From Phoronis australis (lineage: Eukaryota; Animalia; Phoronida): a stretch of 64,000 bases of DNA. The position numbers were made by a program, and so were the translations under genes. The stretch lies in contig NMRA01000121.1 of assembly GCA_002633005.1 (NCBI GenBank), positions 199,000 through 262,999 of the forward strand, given 5' to 3'. Every line of letters starts with the position of its first letter. Positions within the stretch are counted from its first letter, which is position 1. Shown piece after piece: positions 34,701-44,500 of this stretch. The notes beneath the pieces were generated by a model. The model did no database searches, was not told where the DNA came from, and saw only the letters and a program-made list of their open reading frames with translations.

Positions 34701-37280
34701 ATGTGTACAAGATGTCAATATTTTCTGAGGCATGACTGAACTACTTCTACATAAAGAACTACCAACAAAGTGAAACCTAGATCTTACGGCAAACTTTAAG
34801 GCCGACAGGTGAATGATTAATCCAAGCACAAAAATTTGTGAAATTTTCAAGTGCAAAATTGCCCTTGTGGTTACCTAAATTGGACCTGCAAAATTTGTTG
34901 AAATGCGTTGTGGTTGTGCATTTCTATCCCTATTTGTCGGCCAAAACTGTTTTATTACTGGCAGATACATCATCACTAAACATCCGAATTAAGCCTTAGA
35001 CAAAAACTCATACTTTTGGAAGTAAGTAGCCTTACCTTGCATATAAACTCATCGCTGACGAGTACATTTTGACTCTTGAGATCCAAGTGAAGCACACCCA
35101 TCTCGTGAAGGTACGACATCCCCTGCACAACGTCACAAACGAACTTTGTCTTTATGTCAATACTTGGGTGCGCACCAGTCTGACGTTTACAATCACTTAA
35201 GAATTGTTGAAGGTTTCCATAGTGCATGTGCTCCGTCACAATGCAGTAGTTATCAGGCTCCAGAATAACGCCAACAAGGGTGAGAATATTTGGATGCTTT
35301 AACTTGAACAGTTTCTTGGCTTCCCTTAGCAGATTCTTTTCCTCCCTTGAAGACAATTAAAAACTTATAATTTCATCAAGATTCTAACAATTTTACATAT
35401 CCATTGATATACAAAACACAAATCACCTGTTCTAGGAAAATCAATCTTCTCCCTAACATCAACCACATGGACAGTCTCATGAATTGCTCCCTTTCTCACG
35501 AGTAATACTCTTCGTTTCTCAAGCAGTCTGCCTTTTTCACCCGACAATTATAGATTCTCAGCTTGTAAAACCCATTATATTTTGGCTTTGTGTGCGTTTG
35601 TTAGCTTGGTCCACATGCGTAACTGACAACCAATGTCAAGGTGGAATAAGTTCTCACTGTCACTGAGTTTAGGGTTCCCCGCCACCTTGCTATGCCTAAA
35701 CTGCAGCAAGTGGTTTTCAAGTAAACTGGGCAGACTTCAACAGAATTCTTTCAACCTCTCCCAATCCTTGGCACATTTCATGCCAGTTATTTAGTGATAA
35801 AATGGCACTTTTGTCACAACAGAATAGTACTGTTGTTGAACTTTTGCCTGAGACATTTGTAACTTTATAGTGCCTGCTCACTAAATCTTCTCATTGGACT
35901 TTAGTGAGACACTATTATTACACCAAAATTCCTAATTCTAGATGATATGATGGTGTTCAGCTGTAGCTGCACACCCTAATGGACATAAGACTTAGCCTTT
36001 TATGTTATCTGTGTTGTGCACTTGTACCTTCACACTTTTTATGTATCTCTCTGTACTCTGGTTCTAATAAATTAATCATTATTATTATTCCCTTTTTAAA
36101 TAACTTTGTCACTATGGAGTTTTCGTTACAACTCACTTTGCAAATTTTTCTCAGCGACATCACTGTGTTTGTCCTTCCGGTGCTCTGCTTAGAATGTTTG
36201 ATAAAGTGGACAGATATCTGTGGGTGTGTGATGTGTTCTTCGCCTTTCTGACATCAATGAGAAACAAGAAAATGCGAAGCGCGTGGGTAAAACAAGTTCG
36301 TCAGGCTAATACTGAATCAAACAGAATCCCCTTTCTTGAAGATACCTGCTCACTTCCGTAACTTAATGAATTTTTGAAATCAGAACATTTCCACAGCCAT
36401 ACACCTCATCGGTCTCTGAAATGATCTGCAAAAATGTGCCCGATTTCCAAGATGAGGTCACATGATTTCTTATCTCCGGGACAAAGGAGAGTGCTATTGC
36501 CGTGTAATCCAGGACAGCCCTATTGTGTTCCAGGTATCTCAGTGACAAGCTAAACAACATTCAGAGCTGTTGTTTTGTAACTTATGTCATATCCAAGTCA
36601 CGGTGAGGTGATAGATGTAATTTACTTGACCTTTTATACCCTGCCTGTCTTAATCATGTCATTTTTTCATTGTCGTAAATACTCCCACTGTCTAGAATCA
36701 TCTCTTAATTCATTTCATCTGTCTTAGTTAAATTTTTACCATTATTTGTCATTTAGTTATTGTCTTAATTCTCAACCTGTTTTAATTGTATCTTTGTTAC
36801 GTATATTTCATTGTTGTTTTATTACTTCATTGTATTATATTACTGTTTTTCTTGTTGAGGCCCCTCTTGGAAAGCAGTGCTATCACTGAAGAGCCCAACC
36901 CTCATTTGAAATATCACAACAAATAAATAAATAGATGCTGCAACAGTGCACTTAGTTAATGCAACAGGCCAGTAACGGCAAGAATGAGAGATGGTATGCT
37001 ATACCATCTGGGTTCACACTGTCCCCACAATAATCACTCACCTTTCGGGTATTTGGGAAACATCCTTAAGAAATTTCAGTGCTACAATGGTTCCTGTAGA
37101 TTTGTAACGAGCCTTCTTTACTATCGAAAAGGCACCAGAACCAATAGTATCTAAAACCGTAAAGTTGGCAATCGACATCTCGGGAAGCGGTTGATCCAAA
37201 GTTGCGGAAAGTGACTTTTGAGGCTCCTCGGGTGGTGGACTATAGAAGTAGCCAAAATACTCAGACTCATCCTCTGCCAT
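19510..37280 (-). CDS. RIPK1: Receptor-interacting serine/threonine-protein kinase 1-like (kinase - linker - RHIM - death domain), 11 coding exons, ~654 aa
   Basis: Exons 37042-37280, 35036-35345, 33175-33379, 32198-32347, 30743-30831, 28038-28129, 27013-27353, 24430-24446, 22751-22787, 22071-22283 and 19510-19781 total 1965 nt, all GT-AG with consistent phases. Kinase motifs GSGAFS, VALK, HLDLKSQN, DFG, APE and DVYAFG are present, followed by RHIM NIQIGDGNTM and a C-terminal death domain (IGKKWRELGRQLG...MLDKWR). Linker exons are less certain than the kinase, RHIM and DD exons. Confidence 0.88.
21500..21930 (+). mobile_element. Interspersed repeat with GACAGACGGACGG microsatellite and 3' hairpin (Helentron/DINE-1-like non-autonomous element); related fragments at ~25770-26600 and ~34070-34130
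   Basis: Recurrent CCACTAGGGG and AAATTTCATG modules, (GACA/GACG)n at ~21863-21884, and a 14-bp hairpin ATGCGTCCACATAT-aa-ATATGTGGGCGCAT at 21897-21926. The class assignment is inference. Confidence 0.5.
22071..22283 (-). CDS. RIPK1: RIPK1-like exon 10 (RHIM)
   Basis: GSGGRTTIHNYSGAGNIQIGDGNTMHIILP... contains the canonical (I/V)Q(I/V)G RHIM core with the downstream N-x-M; donor |GTAAGT; phases 1-1. Confidence 0.88.
22751..22787 (-). CDS. RIPK1: RIPK1-like exon 9, 37-nt micro-exon (NPTQPQTIVHQH)
   Basis: GGTTTCAG| ... |GTAAGT; phases 0-1. Confidence 0.65.
23412..23471. repeat. 30-bp tandem duplication
   Basis: CAAATACATCAGTCTTTAGTGTTC(G/A)CAAGC x2. Confidence 0.85.
23651..23794. repeat. 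36-bp minisatellite, ~4 copies
   Basis: GTGCCTGAACACTCAGCATGCAAACAAATACAGTGT x3 exact plus one diverged copy; no spacers. Confidence 0.92.
24430..24446 (-). CDS. RIPK1: RIPK1-like exon 8, 17-nt micro-exon (GAGAAK)
   Basis: Strong polypyrimidine tract TTTCTCTCCTTTATTTTCGCAG| GAGCTGGTGCTGCAAAG |GTAAGC; phases 1-0 bridge exons 7 and 9 exactly. Confidence 0.65.
27013..27353 (-). CDS. RIPK1: RIPK1-like exon 7 (linker with three PxQRNT repeats)
   Basis: CTGCAG| VEIEGSINLSG...PVQRNT...PVQRNT...PTQRNT...PVEVDA...REHTA |GTATTC; phases 2-1. Confidence 0.75.
28038..28129 (-). CDS. RIPK1: RIPK1-like exon 6 (linker)
   Basis: TATCAG| EASPTKSEQTHAQPSGDIEEDAAGVPHPAD |GTATGT; a GC-rich island in an AT-rich intron; phases 0-2 fit both neighbours. 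Confidence 0.75.
30743..30831 (-). CDS. RIPK1: RIPK1-like exon 5
   Basis: TTTTGCAG| LVEQINQNKSDGFDDKITKAIEELRPKLQ |GTACAA; phase 1 in, phase 0 out. Confidence 0.8.
31104..31250. repeat. ~68-bp diverged tandem repeat with further copies at ~31760-31870
   Basis: TACAGTCAATTA..CTTTACAC.TCAAGCT.AAATCA.CTC..G.GA.TTAA.GG.AA.AGGG recurs. Confidence 0.6.
32198..32347 (-). CDS. RIPK1: RIPK1-like exon 4 (kinase C-lobe end)
   Basis: IALAVTRGERPD...TPEWLKDMMKSSWSQELEERRTF; phases 1-1. Confidence 0.9.
33175..33379 (-). CDS. RIPK1: RIPK1-like exon 3 (DFG, activation loop, APE)
   Basis: IADFGLSVWPEISRS...GTTTHVAPEQW...QDVYAFGIVVWEILTCEVPF; TTTAG| ... |GTGAGT. Confidence 0.93.
35036..35345 (-). CDS. RIPK1: RIPK1-like exon 2 (alphaC to catalytic loop)
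   Basis: LLREAKKLFKLKHPNILTLVGV...GMSYLHEMGVLHLDLKSQNVLV; AAG| ... |GTAAGG. Confidence 0.93.
36195..36525 (-). repeat. Interspersed repeat, inverted relative to the copy at 52578-52750
   Basis: AAAATGTGCCCGATTTCCAA.A.GAGGTCAC...TTCTTATCTCCGG.ACAAAGGAGAG and GACATCAATGAGAAAC match the reverse complement of the 52.6-kb segment. Confidence 0.7.
37042..37280 (-). CDS. RIPK1: RIPK1-like exon 1 (start, G-loop, VALK lysine)
   Basis: GTCATGG start context; an in-frame TAA upstream in the same exon (acceptor at 37316) fixes the start; LDTIGSGAFSIVKKA...VALKFL; donor AG|GTGAGT. Confidence 0.9.
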
Positions 37281-38327
37281 GACTCGTTTTCTTGATTCTT
37301 GTTACTCAGGTGGAATCTAAGTAAACACAATTACTTGATTCAGTCATAGTCAGTATATAGTTTTCAAAATGTTTTATCATCCACAGTCATCTCTTGAAAT
37401 GTTGGATTGAGGGAACGCCTACAACCCAGTGTTGCAGTCCAAATAGTTATAGATTAAAAGTTCTTACACACATGATCGCAAAGACACAACCTTGAAAATT
37501 ATTGTAACATATGCCATACCTGTCGCAGCAGCGTCAAGCACTGGTCAGACAACACAGGGGTAATAGTCGACTACACTGGTTCCTGATTTGAGAACTAGTT
37601 ACTCCCACTGAATAACACCCATTACCGTTACGTACCATCCTGGACTTTTAAACCAAGAAATTTCCAACATCACAATCCAATCAAGAATCAAGTCAGATTA
37701 AACTCGACAAACAAGCCTATTGTGTTGGTACACAATGCTGAGGTAGTCAGAGCTTACAGTCACACAAATGTATAATCAGCAGTTGAAAGTTAAGAATTTT
37801 TCTGAAAGTCAACCCTTTTCCTCTGTTTTAAGTTTTTTAGTGACAGTCATTCATAGAAAAAACATCTTCTTCACAACATTTGTTAAACGTCATTTGGAAA
37901 TAGCATTTTTAAATATCAGTTAGCGTCAGGTGCACTATTTACAACATAATTGCCAGAGCCCTCAATCCCTCGATACTGGGGCCGCATATCAGACCCATTC
38001 CCCCTGAAAAGTATTGAAAAATAATGTGAAATTCCCCTCACGATGTTCAAAAAATGCCCTCAACCGTTTGAAAAAATACCCTTGAGGCTCGAATCACTTG
38101 TAACTCACACAGGTGGTAATTTGAAGGACCACAATGACTACTTGAGGCAGAGCCTGCAAGGGCTTGCAACAGGATGGGGGTGCTATTGGTGGTTATCAGG
38201 AGGTAGAATTTCCCCTCACCCCAAAATATTCCCTCCTTACAAGGTACAGGCAGCTTTCTCCTTGGATGAACGCGGGCCCTGATAGCTGAATTACGTGAGC
38301 TGGACTATATAAACATTGAACATATTA

Positions 38328-38745
38328 GGGCAATTCCATGAAAAGGTCAACACAGACACACAAAAAAATAATAATGCGAGTAGATTAACAATTCTGGTCA
38401 CATCTGAAAGCCCAGTCTCCCTAGTTTCAGGACCAATATCTGAATTTTGTATTGAACAATTGTTCCACTAAATCATCAAAAAAACAGAAAATGCAACTTC
38501 ATGCAATTTACAGAAATTTAACGTTAAAATATTTTTTTCAAAAATTCAAATTCTCTGGATATGTCCGTCACACCCATTCCAAGACAATTTTCTCAGTCAG
38601 ATAAAAGACAGGAGAAAAATTGATACATGGTTTGAAAGCTACCAATGAGACCTAACAATTATAAATTATTTTCATAGGAGGACAATTTTTTCACAATGAA
38701 TTGAAATGTTCTTTGATCGTATATCAGTCACAAATGGAATTGCCC
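38328..38745. mobile_element. Non-autonomous DNA transposon (418 bp) with 12-bp TIRs and 4-bp ATTA TSD (Sola-like)
   Basis: ATTA|GGGCAATTCCAT ... ATGGAATTGCCC|ATTA read directly. The superfamily is inferred from the 4-bp TSD and GGG termini. Confidence 0.8.
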
Positions 38746-38750
38746 ATTAT

Positions 38751-39139
38751 TAAGTAAAGATCCCTGTTGGAACCAAATAACCGTACCTTGATGTGGTCAG
38801 TGTACAGCTGTTTTGTCCATACATTATATCAGAGACCTATAACTGCTGTTCAACAAAACAGATTTACATCACCATATCTCTGATGAGGACTTCAGTATAA
38901 GCGCAGGGTACAGAAAGCTAAGCCAAGTCTGAACAGAGATCATGGACTTACCTTCAGTGTATTCAAATCTGTTATGGTATTCTCCCGACATTAGGAAATC
39001 CCCAGTAGTTTTTGTATTGTTTTTTCTATAACAGAGGGTGCAACCGGTGATGAATCAAGTCCATGAGACATGGACAAAATAGCTGTACACTTACCATATT
39101 AAGGTAAGGTTCTTTGGTTCCAAAAGGGATCTTCACTTA
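38751..39139. mobile_element. Fold-back MITE with ~70-bp imperfect terminal inverted repeats
   Basis: TAAGTAAAGATCCCTGTTGGAACCAAATAACCGTACCTTGATGTGGTCAGTGTACAGCTGTTTTGTCCAT mirrors ATGGACAAAATAGCTGTACACTTACCATATTAAGGTAAGGTTCTTTGGTTCCAAAAGGGATCTTCACTTA. Confidence 0.75.
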
Positions 39140-41176
39140 CTATTTTCATTAGCTAAATGGAACGCAGTTATATACTTAGTCTCATACAAACATTGCTTCA
39201 CCAACTCTGTCCCCTTGTTATGGCTGTCAAGCTGATGACGACACGGCTGCAACCAGAGTTCCCAATCAGTGGTGGCAACTGGTTCTCAAACCAATTTCAA
39301 ATCAGAGACCCACCTTTCCGACTATTAAATACAGTAACTAAGTTCCTAATTTAGAGAACCAAACAAAACACTGAATAACGTAACATAAGGTAATTGCTCA
39401 CATGACGACGATACCAACATCATGTGCATAGGTCACTCTCCTTGAAATGTAAACAGTTATGTAATGGGCAACGCATTATTAACAATTGACTGCTGAAATG
39501 ATGGATTTTAATGCATAGCAACAGAGCATATTAGATTAACCGTGACAAGAGAAAGTCGTGTTAAAGGAGAATGCCACCAAAAAACAGTGTATCTTGAATC
39601 AATTTGGATCAAGTAGATCCACTCGATAACAGCAAGTTCAATTCTTTTACTTGACACCAGACGGCAGACGGAGGTGCTGAAATTAACCAGAGGCGTCATA
39701 GGTTCTAAAAGTCTGTTCAGCAGTTCACAACGCACTTAATGGTGTCAGTTAATCACTTGACTTCAAGGCTTTACACCAATAAATCATCAAAACTCGATGC
39801 AAAACCCTTACATAGAGTTTTTAAACAAACAAGATGCTTTATTTCACTGTTACGGACTTATAGAAATTTTGAATGTACCATAGCCCACAAAGTTCGCTAG
39901 GCCAACATACCGAGGTCGGTCGCAGGAAGTTTGTAACTGTTTGGTGTTAAATTATCTAGAATTATTCTTCCGTGAAATACAGAGAGGAGAGCACAGACAA
40001 GTGTTATGATTTTAGACTTACAAATTTTTGAGTTCTAAACACACAAAACACTCTGTATAACCCAGTGGCTCGGAAAATGATCAGGCCCCTTGCAGATTGG
40101 AGAAATTACGAACATGAAAACAGTCGGGTTAGTTGGCTCCCAAAGTTGAAAACTAAACTTCAAGTCACAAAAAGACTAGACTAGTAATTTAAACCAAAGA
40201 AATAACATGCACATGAATCAGTATCTTGATGAATTGGCTGCAAAATCGCAAATCTACTGACTCGTTGGTACCCCGAAGTCACTAGATTCCCCTTCCACAG
40301 AACTGTCAGGGCAAAGGTTGTACAAAAACAATGATAATAATGTATTTATATATCTAATTACAGTTTCCACTAACATCTGACACATAAAATCGAGTTATTG
40401 TTTCACAGCAACTGTTTGTCAGCAAACACTGAATTAGCATGTGCTCACATACACAGTCCACTGCCTCAGGTGCCCAGTCATGTTACAGTTTTATTGCATA
40501 CGAAGCTGGTAACACAGTTTTATTTGTTCAATGTTGTTTTCTCAACTCAGGATCACTTCAAAGGCATTACAAATTGTATCTACTGAGACAGACTTTGACA
40601 CTTTGATTCAGTTTTATACAAACATTGATTGGGGTGAGAATAATTCATTTTGAAACAGGACAATGTCCGACACGGGAATATTTCATGGCCTCATATAATT
40701 TGGTATTAACCGTGAACTTTTCATTCCTTACTGCTGCGAGCCACTTCCGAAGCATTTCAGGCTATTGAGGAAATCGAAAAAATAATATACCTGCTTTCCT
40801 CACAGCTTCATGGTTTGTACAAGCGTTAACGATACGCCACATCATAGCGGCACACACTCAGATGAAGAAGAATGAAGAACCACAATCACCGACGTTGCTG
40901 CATCTTCCTCACAGGTTATCGTGACACATGTCAGTGAGGTGATCTCGACCGTATAAGAGGTGAGGTGAATGGATACTGACCCATTAAGACGGTAAAAAAA
41001 AACAAATTAAATTGGGCGGCATTCTCCTTTAGTTTTAAACATATGACCATCGTCTATGCTGGCTGACAATAGAGTTCCAATAAGTGCTTTATAGACCGGA
41101 TGCTTTTTGGCGAATTATGCCTCCCACTGACTAAAACATCAAAGTACCGTTGTCTGAAATACATACATTTTGCGCA

Positions 41177-41513
41177 TAGAGGAACACCTTAGGAGGATGT
41201 CAATGTAAGTTTAATTCTCTCCAACTCGAACAAATACTCCTGTTATCAAACGTTTTCTCCAAGCAGTCCCTTGTTCAGTTCCCAAAATTGGTAACTCGCC
41301 ATTTTCACACTGTGTACGCTAGGGCCAGTAGGGGATAAACACTGTGTCATGCAACCTGGCGGGTCCAGTGTTACGGTGAGTTACCGATTTTGGTATGAGA
41401 ACGAGAGACTGCTTGAAGAAAACGTTTGGTAACGGGAGTATTTGTTCAAGTTGGAAGGAATTAAACACATAGACAACCTCCTAAGCCTAAGATTAACCTA
41501 AGGTGTCCCTCTA
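41177..41513. mobile_element. Fold-back MITE, copy 2 (same family as 11944-12235)
   Basis: TAGAGG..CACCTTAGGAGGATGTCAATGT...CCAACTCGAACAAATACTCC.GTTA.CAAACGTTTTCT.CAAGCAGTC is mirrored at the right end, ...CCTAAGGTGTCCCTCTA. Confidence 0.8.
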
Positions 41514-44500
41514 GGCCAAAAGGTCTCTACTGGCTGCGCCAGCAGAGGCGATGGTCATTGCCATTGCCATGGCATTGGCTCTAGTAGTGTCTTTAGTTAG
41601 TGTGCCTAGAGTGTCTCTACTCAATAATTTAGAAGCATACCAATTACCACAAACTCTTTTCGTGTTAGTCCCTCTGTCACTCTTAGATACTACTGGTAAA
41701 AATCCCAACGGAAATCCCAATATCAACGTAACAGTGAATCTAGATGGGGAAATTCCCACCCTCTGGACAGAATCTACCAGCCGGAAACCATAGCCATTTC
41801 CGAGAAATGGAGCGCGACCTCTAGTGGTACAAGTAGAATACAAAAGAACACGGCAGCTTCGTCTCACCTTGGCAACACACCGCGGCAAAGCCGGCTATTA
41901 GGGGGCTACAATATTCCCCATCACTTTTTGTACTAATTTCACCCCACGTAATTTATACGGGCGGTAGGCGAAATCTTCTCACCAAAAAAGAGGTTTTCGC
42001 CTCGTCAAAAATAAACTTTACAATATTAAAATTATCACTTTTAATAAAAGTGCCGGATAATCACTTTTAAGGGATAATTTTAAAAAAGCACTACTTTCTT
42101 CATTCTGGTTCAACTCTTCGACGAAGCATGTCTACGGGAAATTAAGATGACTTTAGCGAAGAGTTCTAACTCCACTTTTTTGTCGTCGTAAAATTTTGCA
42201 CTACGCCAGCTAGAAATGAAGTATTTCAAGCAAAAGGGTTAACAAGGTCTAGCTGAGACGTAGACTACTGGCCGATTTTATTTTGTCAAATTCAAAATCG
42301 ACCGGAGTATTGCAAAAATATACACGTAGGCAAAAATAATAAAAATTCGGGCAGTGAAGTTAATGTAAATTACGGGAAATACACCATTGAAGCAGGAAAG
42401 TGACGAATCACTGAGTGGTCACCAGGTGGAAGTAGGGTAGGCAGGTACAGAGCCTACAGGATTTTGTTCGGCGTAGAATGGTAAGTAATAAACATATAGG
42501 TCAGCTCTAGTGAAGGAAGTACCAAAATTTTACGTTGACCTTTCCAACATAGGCATAGGAAGCAGAGGGCGGGGGAGCGAGCACCAAAAATTTACCGGCG
42601 GAGATAGCGGAAAGCTCCCCAGGTTGTAATATAAGTACCAATTAAGTAACAATTAATTATTAAAAGTCCCCCCCCCCCTCAGTCACCCGCGCAACCATTA
42701 AATGTTCCTTCGTCAATGTCCAAAAACTGCCTTATTACGACATCCGAGCTGGGGTCCAGAACTTTGTTTCGAAAATTCACACCTTACGACATTCTACATT
42801 CGAGCAGGGGGTCTGGATCCCCCGGGTCTGTGCCTGAAATGAATAGCGAATGGGGGTGGGGTGTGGGAGTGAAACTGGAGGCCACTGAGGGAGGGTTGAA
42901 ATCGGCAAGGGATGGAATTCCTGCCTGCAATCCAGACAATGAGGCAACTATAATGGAGATTGAAGGGTATTTGGTGCCCTCATCGCTGACATTGCCTTTT
43001 GGCTTTACTTCCACCGTCACGTTGATGTCCACTCAGTAAGCTCTCTCCGCGTGTATTATCCGCTAGTAGGCCTAGTAGCGTTTGCTCGTAGTAAATGCTC
43101 ACTACTGACATGAATCTTGACGCACTTTGTTACTATGACATACTCGTCTTCGTATTACACTCATTATAGGGTACATATCATGTAGAGAGCGATACAAAGA
43201 TACGTGACACGATATAGGGTTGAAATTAAAAAAGAAAAAATATATTACCATTGAAATGGTAACAACTTTGTAACTTAAAAATCTCCAGCTAGAGGGTTCG
43301 TGGCGAATTTTTCTCGGTGTTTGTGTGTCTAAGTGCATTTCTAGCCAAGTAGTGCCTGAGGGGTTCAGTTTCACAAAGCACATTGTCGACTGAAAATGCC
43401 GGGCTTAGCCTTCATAGCGGGGAAGCTTGCAGACATACAGGGCAGTTTGGTTAATTTAGTCTTCGGACGTTATCCGTGCACTAAACCGATACAAATGCCC
43501 GGTAAGCGGTGCTTTTCTCGGGGCATGGAATTTTTTCGAAGGCCCATTTCTGAAAGCGGTAACAAAGGCCGATAAAAGGTGCTTTTCTCGGGATTTGGAA
43601 TTTTCTTAAAGACCTCTCGTTTGCACAAGACATCCTTCTGAAGCTATGCGGGAGCTTGACACACCGGCCAGGATGCGCTTAAGTCAATTTCGGTGATATT
43701 TGCTTGCAGAGGTTGTCTTATGCCCACAGCCAGGTCAGTCCCCGAGCTGGCCTTTGGCGAATACCGAAAGTGTAAGTCTCAAGAGAAGCAGACTTTATGG
43801 GCAATTGTTATCAGGTTCAAAAGAACATCTCAATTATGCAAAAGGCAAGCCTACGCAAGGCTGGCCACCCAGATGTCACCGAACGGCCCGGTGGGCATTG
43901 AAACAACAAGCAGCTCGAAACTTGAATAAGCTCAAGATGGTCGGTCTCATTAGTTCTCCGCCAGCCATGGTTTCACAGATATACAAGTTAGCAGCTTTGT
44001 TGCCCCAAATAACTATCCGAAGTTCACAATCAACCAAGTGAAATTTCACTGACTATAATGATTTTTGACACATCATCAAAATATAAAGGCCTAACATGTT
44101 TTTAAAATTACCTTCAAGTATACATATGCGACATATCGCGGTCGGGTTGTTACACCGCGAAGGACACACTATTGGGTTCTTACTCCGAGGGTCTATATTC
44201 CGATTGGAAGATTTTATTTCGCCTTGATTGAGCCTCTTCACAGCCTAACGCTGCGCTGTGCTTTGAACGTCGACAGCAATGGACTACTTTACTTCACATA
44301 AAGAATTTTGGACCCCTTGGAGCAAATGTATTTGTGCTGGAGCGTTAGCACTAAATGTACGTACTGGACGTCCTTGAGGTGCATAAAGCGAATAACTGCA
44401 TTAAGAACGGGACGAGACAGGGTGCCCAGGCATTGGCCAAGGCTAGCTGTTATATAGTCGAACTGGACGATTTCAAGAGAGTTCACAAACCAATTGAACG

